NCBI RefSeq assembly: GCF_009914755.1
Contig: NC_060947.1
Source of the DNA: the human T2T-CHM13v2.0 reference genome, Homo sapiens
Strand: one strand, 5' to 3'
DNA length: 64,000 nucleotides
Below are positions 30,201 to 43,691 of the stretch, piece by piece. The notes beneath the pieces were generated by a model that saw only the letters and a list, made by a program, of their open reading frames with translations, made no database searches and was not told the DNA's origin. Position numbers and translations under genes: made by a program. Numbering within the stretch: the stretch's first letter is position 1; each line of letters opens with the position of its first letter.

Positions 30201-33200
30201 GACAGAATTTCATCAAATCACCAAGACAAAAAGACAGAGAAAAATTTAAAAAACAACTATTTGAAAACAACAACATGGTGGGAACAAAGCCTTACACATC
30301 AATTTTAACCTTGAATGTAAATGGATTATGTCCTTTGCGTAAAAGATACAGATCAGCAGAATGAATTTAAAAAATGCTGCCTAAAAGAAACTTGCCTTAC
30401 CTATAAAGACACATATAGACTGAAAATAAAGAAGTGGATAAAATATTCAACACAAACAGAAACCAAAAGTGAGCAGAAATAGTTATACTTTCTTAGGTTA
30501 AAACAGACTTTGAATGAAAAATGGTAAAAAAAGAAAGACAAAGAATGTCATCATAAATGATAAATGGATCAGTTCAGCAAGAAGATATAACAATTCTAAA
30601 CATATCCAACACTGGACCACCCAGATTCATAAAACAAATACTACTAGACATAAGGAGAGATATACACAGCAATACAATAATACTGGGGACTTCAACACTT
30701 TATTTTCAGCATTAGACAGATCACCCAGACAGAAAATTAATGAAGAAACATTGGACTTAAATCAGACTTTTGACCAAATGGACCTAACAGACACATACAG
30801 GACATTCTACCCAACACCTGCAGAATATACATTTTTTTCATTAGCACACAGAACATTCTCCAAGATAGATCATGTTAGGCCACAAAACACATCTCAACAA
30901 ATTTTAAAGTACTAAAATAATATCAACTATCTTTTCAGACCACAGTAAAATAAAAATAAAATAAAAATACCAAGAGGAATTATACAAGTCATAGAAATTA
31001 AACAAAGCGTTCCTGAATGGTCATTTGACCATGAAGAAATGAAGAAAAAAATTAAAACTTTTTGAAACAAATGAATATGGAAACCTAAGATAACAAAGCC
31101 TGTGGGATATAGAAAAGGCAGTGTTAAGATGAAAGTTTATAGCATTAAATGTCTACATCAAAAATATAGAAATATCTCAAATCAACAACCTAACATCACA
31201 CCACAAAGAATGAGAAAAGCAAGACCAAACCAAAACCAAAATAAGCAGAAGAAAAGGAATAATGAAGATCAAAGCAGAACCAAATTAGAGACAAAAACAA
31301 ACAAACAAACAAACAAACAAAAAAGAGAAGATCAACGATATGAATAGTTGGGTCTTCAAAAAGATAAAACTGATAAACCACTATCTAGAATGGCCATGAA
31401 AAGAAGAGAGAATATCCAAATAAATAAAGTCTGATATGACAAAGAAGACATTACAACTGATAACATAGAAATAAAATAGGTCATTAGAGACTATTATGAA
31501 ATACTATCTATATACTCACAAACTAGAAAATCTAGATGAAATGGATACATTTCTGGACACATACAACCTTCCAAGAATGAAGGATAAAAAGCCTGAACAG
31601 ACCAATAACAACTAGGAAGAATGAATCTCCAATAAAACATATCCCACCAAAGAAAAGCCAAAGACTGTATGGATTAACAGCTGAATACTACCAAATATAC
31701 AAAGAAGAATCAATACCAATCATCCTGAAACAGTTCCAAAAAATTCTCCTTAACTCATTCTGCAAGGCCTGTATCACCCTGACACCAAAATCAGATAAGA
31801 ACACAAGAAAAAAGATTAAACTGCAGACCAATATCACTGATTAACATAGACACACAAATTATCAACAAAATAATAGCAAACTGAATCCAACAGCACATCA
31901 TTAAGATGAAACACCATTTTAAAAATGGGCTTTATACCAGGGATGCAAGGATGGTTCAACTTATGCAAATCAATAGATGTGATATATCACATAAATATAA
32001 TTAAGGACAAAATCCCTATAATCATCTCAACAGAGTCAAAAAAAGCATTCAATAAAATTCAGCATCCCTTCATGATAAAAAAACTGTTAATGAACCAGGC
32101 ATAGAAGGAACATACTTCAAAATAATAATAATGGCCATATGTGACAAACCCAAAGCCAACATCATACTGAATGGGGAAAATTTGAAACATTTCATCTGGA
32201 ACTGGAACAAGAGAAGGATGCCTCCTACTCTCAACACTCCTATTCAGCATAGTACTGGAAGCCCTAGACAGAGCAATCAGGCAAGGGAAAGAAATAAAAG
32301 GCAGCCAAATTGGAAAAGAGGAAGTTAAATGATCCCTGTTTTGTGATGACATGATCGCATATCTAGGCAAACCTAAAGATTCTACCCCAAAAACTCTTAC
32401 ATTTTATAAATGAATTTAGTAGAATTGCAGGATGCAAAATCAACATACAAAAATCAGTGACTTTTCTATACATCAATAATGATCTAGCTGAGAAAAAAAA
32501 CAATAAGGCAATCCCATTTCCAATAGCTACAAAAAAAGTACCTAGGAATACATTTTAAAAAGAGGCAAATGATCTCTACAAAAAGAAAAAAAACCTACAA
32601 AACACTGATGAAAGAAATTGAAAATGACACAAATAGAAAAACACTCCATGCTCACAGATCTGAAGAACTAATAGCATTAAAATTACCATACTGCCTAAAA
32701 CAGTCTGCAGATTCAATGCAATCCCTATCAAAATGACACCATTTTTAACAGAATTAGCAAAAAGAATCCCAAATTTCATATGAAACCCCCCAAAAAATCT
32801 GAATAGCAAAAGCAGTTCTAGCAAAAAGAACGAAGCTGGAGACATCACTTTACCTTACTTAAAATTATACTAGAAGGCTATAGTAACCTAAACAGCATGG
32901 TACTCTTATTAAAATAGTAACATGGATCAATGGGACAGGATAGAGAACCCAAAACAAAAAGCCATACAGTTACAGCCAATGTATCTTTGAAAATGTCAAA
33001 AAGAACATACATTGGAGAAAGAACACTTTCAGCAAATGGTGCTGGGAAAATTTGATTTTCATAAGCACGGGAATGTAACTGCTATGTCTTACCATACACA
33101 AAAATCAACTCAAGATGGATTAAAGATTTAAATGTAAGGCTGAAACAAATATTCTAGAACAAAACCTAGGGAAAACTCTTTTGGGCCTCGGTTTAGGCCA

Positions 33201-34035
33201 ATAATTTATGACTAAGATCTCAAAGGAACAGGCGACAAAAACTGACATAGACAAATGAGACTTCAACTAAAAAGCTTCTGCACAGCACAGGAAATAATAA
33301 ACAAAGTGAACAGACAACCTGTAGAATGGGAGAAAATATGTGTAAAGTATACATCCAACAGGGCACTAGTATTCAGAGTATACAAGGAACTCAGCCAACT
33401 CAACAAAGAAAGAAAATCCCATTAAAAAATGGAAAAATGACATGTATGGAGATTTTTCAAAAGACCTACAAATGCCCCACAGATACGTGAAAAAAGTATT
33501 CAACATCACTAGTCATCAGAAAAAAATGCAAATTAAAACCATGATGAGATATTATCTTACCCCAGTCAGAATGGTATAATTAAAAAGTCAAAGAATAACA
33601 CATATTGACAAGGATGTGGAGAAAAGGGAACTTTTATACATTGTTGGTGAGAATTTAAATTAGTACAACCTTTATGAAAAACTAAGTATGGAGATTTCCC
33701 GAAGAACTAAAAATAGAACTACCACTTGATCCAGCAATCCCACTGCTGGATGTCTACCCAAAGGAAAAAAAATCATTATATTAAAAAGATAGCTGCACTT
33801 GTATGTTTATTTCAGCTCTAGTCACAATAGCAAAAATATGGAATAAACCTAAGTGTTCATCAATAGATGATTGGATAAAGAAAATGTGGTATGTATACAC
33901 AATGAAATACTATTCAGCCATAAAAAGAATGAAATCACATTTTTTGTAGCAACATGGATGGAACTGGATGTCATTATCTTAAGTGAAACAAGTCAGACAC
34001 AGAAAGACAAATATTTCACATTCTCACTCATAAGA
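27236..34035 (+). mobile_element. Near full-length old LINE-1 (L1PB4/L1MA age): long repetitive 5' UTR, ORF1 at about 29130-30120, ORF2 at about 30275-34030, 3' UTR missing
   Basis: 5' UTR with repeated 'cttcttgcccatgctg' blocks; ORF2 peptides GDFNTLFSALDRS and 'ttttgtgatgacatgatc' (FxDD); ends at 'ttctcactcataag'. Confidence 0.85.
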
Positions 34036-35290
34036 ACTCCCATATCTGATGGTGAATGTGTAAATTAGTACAAACACCTTGGAAAACTGGCAGTGCTTAC
34101 TAAAATTTAACATACCTAGCTACACTCCCATTTATTTATTTGATTGTTCATAGCAGCATAATTAGCACTTGCCAATAACTGGAAACAATATAAATGCCTA
34201 TAAGCAGAAACTAAAAAAATTATGGGTGAGGGATACACTATAATTCTACAACAAAAATAAATGAACAAGCCACGTGTGGTGTCCTATGCCTGTAGTCCCA
34301 GATACTAGGGAGGCTGAGGTGAGAGGATACCTTGAGCCCAGAAGATCAAGGCTGCAATGAGCTATGATAGTGCCATTGCACTCCAGCCTGGATGACAAAG
34401 AGAGACCTTCTCTCTTAAAATAAAAATGAATAAATGAATTGTTTATACATGCTAAACCATGGCTGAATTTCACAAACAAAATGTTGAGTAAAAGAAGTCA
34501 AAAAGAATATAAACTTTCCATAAAGTTTAAAAATAAAACTAATCTGTAGTTTTAATATATTCACAAAAAAACTTGTACACAAATATTGATAGCAAAAACT
34601 AATAATACCTAAAGGTGGAAACAACTCAAATGTCCATTAATTAATTAACAAATAAAATGCAATATAGCTATACAATGTGATACATTTCAGCCATGAAAAG
34701 AGTGAAGTACTGATATGTGCTAAAACATGGATGAACTTTAATAACATCATACTAAGAAAAGCCAGACACAAAAGCATATATTGTACAATTCCATTCATAT
34801 GAAATATGCATAATAGACAAATCCATAGAGACAGAAAGTAAATTAGTGGTTTCCTGGAGATGAGGGAATGGAGAATGATTATGGGATTTCTTTTCAGAGT
34901 GGCAGAGGTGTTCTGGAATTACCCAGTTGTGATGACTCAGCAACATTATGAATGTTTTAAAAATGACTGAATTGTATATTTTAAAATGGTGAATTTTACA
35001 TTATGTGAATTTTATCTCAATAATAATAATAAACGAAGAGAAACAAGCAAATAAAAAACATCTAACTTTTGGTTTTGAAAATCAAGTTATTTATTTTGGT
35101 ACAGGATGGTAGTGACTAGCAGAGAATATGAGGGAGCTTTGAGGTTCTGGTAATCCTTTCATCTGAGTAGTGGTTTTATAGGTGTATTCATTTTTTGAAA
35201 ATTAATAAAGCAATTTTGTAATGTATGTTATATTTTTAAAGTATATTTCAATAAAAGTTATAAAAATAAAATTTACAAATTAAAAAATGT
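34036..35290 (+). mobile_element. Ancient L1M (L1MB/L1ME-type) 3' fragments
   Basis: 'ggaaacaactcaaatgtcca', 'acatggatgaacttt' and 'ttatgtgaattttatctcaataa' are typical of L1MB/ME 3' ends. Confidence 0.7.
34268..34430 (+). mobile_element. Alu right-monomer (FRAM/AluJ-type) element
   Basis: 'gcctgtagtcccagatactagggaggctgaggtgagagga...gcactccagcctggatgaca' plus A-rich tail; flanking 'aataaatgaa' repeat is a possible TSD. Confidence 0.85.
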
Positions 35291-37067
35291 TTTAGGGCCA
35301 GTTATAATTCAATACATGGTAACTTAAAATTATATCAAGAAATAATTAAAATACACAATATAGCCTCACAACTAACAATCTATAGGTTGGTATCTGGAAG
35401 CTTATTGAATTGAATAATCCAACAATCTTGAAAATAAAAATAAAATAAAAATCAATTAGCAATTTTAAAGGCATGAATCAAAGATTCACATTTAGTTTAA
35501 AAATACTCTTAAAAATACTTGGAGTGGAAATACTTAAAAACACCAACTACTAAAATTATCATGTAAAATAATCAATAGCCTCCAATTTCATAACATTTTG
35601 GCATTTCATAGTCAGGGCCCAAATCTGTAACTTTTCTCTTTACTTATTACTGTCTTCAAGAAACTTTCAAAAGATAGATTGTATTAGACAGACAGATTAC
35701 CAATGTTGCAATAATGGCTCTTTGATTTTTTTTATGTCTAACTGTAACTGGAAAATTCTGGACATGCTTCAAAATTGTCACTATGCTTTTATCCAGATGC
35801 TTTCAACCAAAGACACTTAGACCAAAACACTTGGCTATAGAGCAAACTTAATCATTTGATTGTTTAAATTCTATTTTCTCATTTCTATTTTTGGGAAGAA
35901 TCCTCAATGATTTTTATAAATACAGGCAACATTTTATCTTTAAGAATTTTTTTGTCCCAAAAGAATCTATGGTGAATGACAACAAGAATCACTTTGCAAA
36001 TAATATTCTATCCAGTGTGTTTTTGCAATACTCAGTAGATTTGGTACATAGATTTAGCAGTGAAAATGACTATCCACTGCCTACTGTAAAAATGAAATAT
36101 AATAAAAGTTAGTCAAATTTTTAGATTTCACATAGACTTACTGCTGTAGATAAACTATTCTAAAAATGAACTGAATAGAAATATGCTGAATAATATACAA
36201 GAGTGGATTTATCAGCAAAATTTATAAATACAGAGAATTTGATTTAATAAGAAATTAATCTCTTTTTTCCAATTGAATTTGCCTTTCATTCATTTCCATA
36301 AGTCTTCCCTGTTATCTAAAAAAAGTAGTAAGGCTAGTCTAGGTTTTTCCATTTTCAAAGTAACCACATTTCTAAAGTTATAAAGACTTATTTTAACAAT
36401 GTTCTTAAATCCTAATGCTTCCTAAGTACATAAATGAAAGTGACATACCCAAATGGCAAAATGAGCTCTCACATAAAAAATAGAAAAGCAAGTTTTACTT
36501 AATCAACGCTATTTTAGAAAGTGAGGCAAAAATAATATTGGCTTATTCCCTCTTCTACTAGCATGTCATAACATTTGATGCAATTCCTATTATTATTAAT
36601 AATTTAAAATAAAACAAGTTCCAGAAAGCACAAGAACATAAAATGACTTTAAAGGGAAAGCTGTTGCATCTCTTTGGAAATATCAAGGGTCAAGTTTAGC
36701 ATTAACGAACTAATGCCAACACAAATCGGGAGGAAAAATAGTTCTCACTCTGCCTAGCAGCACATTCTAAAATTGGACCTCGCCTGGAATGAACTTCTAT
36801 TCACTGAGTCATTGCCTGTGGAATTTCCATTTTAGCTCTCTAATTTGGCTAATTTCCCCACAAATAGACATGAGAGAAGCTTCCTTCTTCCACATGCAGT
36901 ATTATGTTATTTCACACTGCAGTTATATCCCTCTACTGTGTACACAGGAAAGGGAAATAAGTCTTGACAAAGACGAATCATTTCTTGACTTTATTCCAAG
37001 GAAAGACTGGCTTAGAATTGAAATGTTTTCATTTTGGCTACCATTTGCAATTTTTATTGTTAAATGT

Positions 37068-37235
37068 ATTTATTTTTTAAACTGACAAAAATTGTGTATA
37101 TTTATCATATACAATATGTTTGAAAATATATATAACACTGTGGAATGACTAGATAGAGCTAATTAACACATGCATTACCTCATATACCTACTTTTTGTGG
37201 TGAGAACATAAAATATTATGTATCACTATAGTGAG
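37068..37235 (-). mobile_element. L1MA-type 3' end fragment
   Basis: 'aaattgtgtatatttatcat...attaacacatgcattacctcatatacct...gtggtgagaaca'. Confidence 0.7.
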
Positions 37236-39139
37236 CTTTATTTTTTTTATAATGGGCTTTGTTTCCTTTCCAAATGTATTCAGTTAGTTATACTTTATTC
37301 AGAATGTGAGAGACCTGCTTGATGATTAACACTATCCCTCATCACATGATTGGTGAAGTTTCAGGATTCTCCATGTTAAACTCCAGTAGTTGTCATTCCC
37401 AAGTATCAAACGAAGTCTTTATAGCCTTATTTTCAGCTAGCATACCTATATAAAATAACTACTTTCTAATTAAAGTCTTGTTTTTTTGTTTCAGAAAATT
37501 AAAATTTGCTTGTGTGTCCAATATAAGGAAAGTAAAAATTATTTCAAAAATTACAGGTGTAAAATCATTTATTTATATGCTATGGTTTTCTCATTTGGAA
37601 ACAAAATGTTTGTTTTATATAATTTCCAAAAGATCACTCTCAGGTTTTATACTTAATATATCCGGGATTCCAATCTAGAGCAAATCAAAATATAGCATAA
37701 TTTACAAGTTATTTCCCATAGTATTTTGCTATAATTAAAGCTACCAGTCACAATTCTGTTTAAATTTTAATTTAGGACAGTTTATCCTAATTGCTGTATT
37801 GCAGCTTACATTTTAGATTCTTAGAACTTTTTGAAAAAACTTCTGATAATCTGCACATTGAAATATTCCTCATAATTTTCTGTCCATACCGTGAAAATAA
37901 CAACTGCCATTCTATCTGAATCTGTATAATTCTAATACATAACCATCTAGAAATTGATTATATATTATTTTTCATTGCTTGCTGAATTTTTGTTTCTATC
38001 TAGCTTGTAATATGTGTGGGTAAAGGGCAGAATTTGTCAAATATGTGCTAAAAATGTTTGTTTGAATAAAGTAATGCAACATACTTTTGTGTTATACTTC
38101 ATAGTGCCTCACACAGAGTAGGCACTCAATAACCACCAGCTGCTTAATAAGCTGGTAATGATAAGAGGTAGTCTAAGGATTCACAGTTAGTGCTCATAAG
38201 AATAATTATCTCCTTTGTTTAAAATACTGAGTTAAGGTATTTTCCATAGGCAGAATGATGGTTAATGTGTTTTGCATGTGCATAAATGTCAGCAGAAAAC
38301 TAGAATGAAATGTATTGTTCTGTTGACAATGCAGGACAGCAAAGTCACCACCGAACAAAATGTAATTGCTAGGTAATTATACTATTTATTTACTCTCTCT
38401 TTTTTTGCACTCCATGCTCACTGAGTTATCACCATTAGTAGTCAGGGTAACTATAAAATGTGTTACATTAGGGTGTAAAGAGAAAAGAGGATGTGACTTC
38501 TGTAATTGAGTTTCCATACATCATCACTTGCCATGTTAGCTAATGAAAGAGAGGATTATGAGTAAGAAGCCCAAGTATCACATCGAAGTTGGTTTTTGGG
38601 CAATCCTAGTCCTATCTCTTCCAATTTAAGAGAAATGCAGTTAAAACTCAATCTAACACAGTTTAGCATGAGAAACTATTGAAATTAATGACTAAGCAGT
38701 ATCTTCCAAATTATGGAGATCTGATTTGTTATATTAATAAGCACCAAATAAAAAATACCTGTTGAATATCTGTAGTAGCAGAAGGCAGTAGTAAGAAAGA
38801 AATGGAAGCCAGCGACGACATAGCTCATTTTGATACAGAGTAGTCTGGGCTTATATTGTACAAGGTTGAAGAGTCCTGCAGATTCTCAAAGGGAAATAAC
38901 ATTATAAACATCAAATGTGAATCTAAGAACACATGAGGGAGCCAAACAAGATAAAGTCGTCTAACAGTGTGGATAATCTAGACTATGCATGATTTATTCA
39001 GAGATAGCCATAGTTTATCACTTCCTGATAAATTAAGCATGTCCTAATCGTCTTTGCATAAATATTCCTGAAAATATTTTATTACACAACTTTGTTCATA
39101 TTAATCAAGTGTAATTTTTATAGTATCCAAGAAATCCTT

Positions 39140-39875
39140 AGGGACATTTTTAATCTTCCTTTCTCTTTCTGATGGTTGTCCTATACATTCAATAAGTCAC
39201 CAAATTATATTCATTTCCTCAATTAGGACACATCACCTATATCTCTGTCTCTTCTCGTCACCACTTCAGTCCAAGCCTTCATCACAACACTCCGGAATTA
39301 CTACAACAGACTCCTATGTGACGGCACTATTTCCCCCATCGTATCCACATTATACATGTCCACTATATTAATATTTTTATATAATCATATTTGACTTCCC
39401 TTCTCAAATATCTTCACTGGCTTTCAATCATATCCAGAATAAAGTCCTATCTACTCTGACTGGTTTGTATTGCCTTCCGGAATTTGGCTCCATACTGGCA
39501 GTCTAACCCTAACACCCAGCACTTACCAAATATGAGCCCTGAATTTGAGTTAGGCTGTTTTTCACAGTGTTGTGTGGCTAATTCCATTTTGAGTTCTTTG
39601 TGCTTTTCTCCCAGGCTGGAATTCACCAACACTCTTCTTTATATAACTAAATGTAACCACCCATTAAACTCTAGCTCCTGCCCCTCCTTTCACTCCAAGC
39701 CACTCATTTGGTGCCTGAAAACATGTTTGTTGATTTTGTTTAGTTGTAAAATGGCTAATAGGTGAATTTCTATGTCCTCTCCAAAATTAAGATATGGCTC
39801 ATATTTTACTCTTCTTATCTATATCCCTAGTATTCTACCTTGCATTCTGTAAGGAGTCAGTAAATTAACTTGAAA
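39140..39875 (+). mobile_element. Degenerate LINE-2 3' region
   Basis: 'agtccaagccttcatcac...attactacaacagactcct' and 'tccagaataaagtcc' resemble the L2 consensus. Confidence 0.55.
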
Positions 39876-40014
39876 TATGCAGAGGGGACCATAGCTTAAA
39901 AATTGTTACCAGAGGCCCCATCTATTTAGATTTTGTAAACATATAAAATTCATTTTTAATGATTGCTTTGCTTTTTATAGTTTTTTTTGTGCTTAAACAA
40001 TCTGTTATCTAAAC

Positions 40015-40459
40015 CCTTGGTCCCTAGCCATTTTGGCACCAGAGACCAGTTTAGTGGAAGACAATTTTTCCACGGATGGGGGGATAGTTCTGGAATGATT
40101 CAAGCACATGACATTTATTGTGCACTTTATATTATTATTACATATTCACCATAATGTAGAATCAGTGGGAGCCCTGAGCTTGTTTTCCTGCAACTAGATG
40201 GTCCCATTTTGGGGCAATGGGATACAGCGACATATCATTACGCATTAGATTCTCATAAGCAGTGTGCAATCTAGCTCCCTCCCATGCGCAGTTCACAACA
40301 GTTTGTGCTCCTATATGAGAATCTAATGCCACTGCTGATCTGACGAGAGGTGGAGCTCAGTTTTGCTCCCTGGCGGCCACTCACCTCCTGCTATGCAGAA
40401 CAATTTCTAATACGCCATGGACTAGTACCTGTCCATGGCCTGGGGGCTGGGGACTCCTG
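40015..40459 (+). mobile_element. MER1A hAT-Charlie DNA transposon (non-autonomous)
   Basis: 'ttttggcaccagagaccagttt..gaagacaatttttccacggatggggg' through 'ggggctggggactcctg'; degenerate 8-bp TSD atctaaac/ctttaaac. Confidence 0.85.
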
Positions 40460-40524
40460 CTTTAAACCCTAGCATACAACTTGCTTTTTAAAAAATTGTT
40501 AAGCAAATCTATTTTTCAAAAAAG

Positions 40525-40525
<1 letters not shown>

Positions 40526-40560
<35 letters not shown>

Positions 40561-40700
40561 TTATATATATTATTATATAGATAATATATAAATATAAAAA
40601 TATATATTATATATAAATTTATATATAATATATACATATAAATTTCAATTACATATATAATATATACAAATTTCAGTTTTTTATATATATACATAAATTT
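40526..40700. repeat. (TA)n microsatellite followed by AT-only low-complexity sequence
   Basis: About 15 perfect TA units at 40526-40556, then degenerate TA-rich sequence. Confidence 0.95.
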
Positions 40701-41114
40701 CAGTTCGGCCTTACATTTCAATTGTCACATATTTTGAGTGAGTTGCATTTAGTTTAGTTTATATCATCATGAAGTTATCAAGTGGATCTGTTTGATACCA
40801 ATAATTACCAAGGGATTATGAATATTCCCATCAGGGAGTTAATCATTGCTTTATGTGGAATCAAGGAACAGTCAAAAATACCCTGTTATACTAATGCCTT
40901 ATCTTATTTTTCTTGGATGAGAATATGAAGCATTTAATCCACAGAGAAAGATGATCCTCGTATTTCAACAAGTTTCACTTTTACTATTCAAGGCTTTCAA
41001 TTACGTAACACTATAATGAGATAACTGGTAAAAATGTCAAGATTAACATATTTAAACTCATGATAAATATGCTCATCAGGATCCCCCAGAATCAAACCTT
41101 CCTGCAAGGCATTT

Positions 41115-41120
41115 TTTATT
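41115..41120 (-). terminator. ZXDA: Probable ZXDA polyadenylation signal (AATAAA)
   Basis: 'tttatt' on the plus strand, with GU-rich sequence downstream on the minus strand. It implies a transcript of about 5 kb, consistent with the recalled ZXDA mRNA length. An alternative AATAAA lies at 42812-42817. Confidence 0.6.
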
Positions 41121-42324
41121 GTGTTTTCAATTGGCAAAATGTTAATAAATCAAGGACTGAAGATAAACAAAAGGCAAATGAGATAAAATTAAATCATGTT
41201 CCATTGTTTAAACAAAAAGGCAAGCTTATGCCAACACTAACAGAAACACTAATATGTTTACAGTCACACTTCTGTCTGTAATTACATGCCATGTCAACTA
41301 TCATGGTGGGACAACAGTATTGAAAAAGAAATCTTTTGAAAAAATTGAACAAAAGAAACCATGTGAGCCCACGGACAATCACAAGATCTTTATCCTAAAA
41401 AAAAAAAATTTGTCCTTTGAAAATTCTATAGACCATAACAAAAGCATAGCTTATGATAGTTTTCATGGGAGGAAATAGGTCTAAGGGATTAAGGAAACAA
41501 TGTGACAGAGTTTTAAGATATCTATATAGTTATGTATCTTAATGGATGCCTATGACCCTTGCGTTCACCTCAGGCCTCTGCATTTTCTATAGGAAAATAA
41601 TAATAATCTATTTAAGAGGACTTAACTAATGACAACACATTTCTAAAATGGCTTAAAATCTTTCTAAAATACTAAGGGAGAACTGTTAAATGGTTAGACA
41701 CAAAATTCTATTTCTTTGAATTACAAATTTATGTGTATTTTTTGCTTTTTCATTGAATAAGTACAACCAACTTAAAAATTATAAAGACAGTAAAGATGTA
41801 TATCAAGGTGGTATATATTAAAGTGCACTGTTAAAGTGCCATAATAATTGTTATCCCCAAGTATCCACATGTAAACAATACTGGGTTACAATAGTTGAAA
41901 GCAACTAATAGTGTTTGCTACCAGGACCACACTGTAAAAAAGGAAAAGTAGAACTACTTCTCACTAACACCTTATATAAAATGTCTCCATTATTATCTGA
42001 TTCATGTATAAACACATTGCCATCTAAATCCAGAAAATTACTTCTCAATGTACACACATACTTGCAGTAATACTGTGACTGAAAAATGGGCCATAAGAAG
42101 AATGGCTGAGAGATGGTGACCATGAAAGAGACGTGTCTAATTTAAATGTAAGTAAAAGAGATTCATGGCAAGGACTGGTGTACACCTACAAGGAAATAGC
42201 ATGGAGTACAAAGAATGTAAGAGAAATCAATTAAGGTGGGAGGCAGCAAACAGTTATAAACAAAATAGTCATGAAACTCAAGAGTCGAATGGGAGAGTGG
42301 GAAATATTTCCTCTTTGTTTTGAG

Positions 42325-42326
<2 letters not shown>

Positions 42327-42361
<35 letters not shown>
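42327..42361. repeat. (CA)n microsatellite in the ZXDA 3' UTR, read as (UG)n in the mRNA
   Basis: About 17 perfect AC units. Confidence 0.97.
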
Positions 42362-42362
<1 letters not shown>

Positions 42363-42429
42363 TACTAAGTGAAATACATTTGTAATCTGAGCTAGGTAAA
42401 TTTTAATATGAATTGTAGATCTGACTTTG

Positions 42430-42510
42430 CCATAATTACCTCACAGGATTGTGAGGATCAAATATAATAGTTGTGAAAGTGCTAAATTGTAAAATGCTAT
42501 ACTCACATAA
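42430..42510 (+). mobile_element. MIR fragment (3' part)
   Basis: 'acctcacaggattgtgaggatcaaat...tgtgaaagtgct...tgtaaaatgctat'. Confidence 0.6.
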
Positions 42511-42999
42511 GATAGATGGTATCTACTCAAAATGCAGACAAAACCCTCTCATTTCAACTCTAAGAGTAAGCCAGCAATGAGCTCTCTAGGGCACAGAGGG
42601 GAGAAAAATCTCCCTCTGGTCTATGTCCAGATTGTCTTGGAAGAATAGGCTGAATACTCATTGCATGAGCTGGCTTTGAATGCAGACCGAAGATACTATC
42701 AAATTGGTCTAATGGACATGTGGCCAATGCCACAAAAGAACTGTGTGTAGAAAAATCCTTAATCTGTTGAAGAAATAACTTCCTTTTCCTCTTTCTTAAC
42801 CTTCACAAATGTTTATTTCCTGCACAATCCTGATACTAATTTGTGCTAATTTCTCCCCTTTGAGGAGGGAAAACAAGGGGCAGGAAAGGGAATGAAGATT
42901 CACCAAAACATGCTGAAACACATATAACATTTTCCTTTCAATACAACCTACTGGGGTAGAAAAATAAGTCTAGGATGTAACACATATGTTCACATTGCT

Positions 43000-43135
43000 A
43001 TGACCATTTTACAGATAGAAAACTGAGGCTAAGAGAGACTAAATAACTTATTAAAGGCCAACTTATTCAAAACCACAAAGCAAACATTTCACTCTGGGTC
43101 TGAGTGATAACAAAAGCCCTTGTATTTTCCACAAC
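43000..43135 (-). mobile_element. MIR fragment in the ZXDA 3' UTR
   Basis: MIR core 'ccattttacagatagaaaactgaggct'. Confidence 0.7.
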
Positions 43136-43429
43136 AAAAACATACCTTCATCATTTAAAAAAAAGGTTAGAAGGATAAACAGCTAAGAAGAACCAACTCC
43201 TATTTTTAGCTCTTTTTTTTTGAGCTCTATCATTAGATTTTCGTACTGTGTAAAATTTCCATTAAATTTTTAATGTAAAACACCAGTTCCTCAATCTTTC
43301 ATTATTTAGTGCTACAGGGCTCAAACCGCTTCTGATTACAAGTACAAACAATAATAATTGCAAAATGCCCGAAAATTTTCAAGAAAAAGCACAAAATCAC
43401 AAAACAAAACAAAACAAAACTGAAAAGAC

Positions 43430-43580
43430 CTTATGAGCAATGTGTTCAAACCACCACAATTTATAAATAAGGAAATTAAGGCTCAGATAGGTTAAGTGAC
43501 TTGCTGAGGGTCACACAACTTGTCAGTTCCAGACTCAAGATCAGAATTTAGATCTCCAAACTCATAGTCCAGGGCTGTGC
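43430..43580 (-). mobile_element. MIR fragment in the ZXDA 3' UTR
   Basis: 'ggaaattaaggctcagataggttaagtgacttgctgagggtcacacaact'. Confidence 0.75.
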
Positions 43581-43691
43581 TCTTTTTGCAAACCAAAAAG
43601 AAATGACTGCACTTAAATATTTAGTCCAGAATATCCTCAAAATTGACTGTAATAAAAGTTAGCCACATGGCAAGGAATGAATAGAGTTGCT

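Noticed and set aside
40509-40721. 70-aa Ile/Tyr-rich ORF
   Set aside because: It is a translation of a TA microsatellite.
41100-43691. Poly(A) remnant or TSD of the ZXD retroposition event, and inverted MIR pairing in the UTR
   Set aside because: No convincing tail or TSD is visible. The opposite-strand MIR pieces cover mostly different parts of the consensus and are too diverged to pair.
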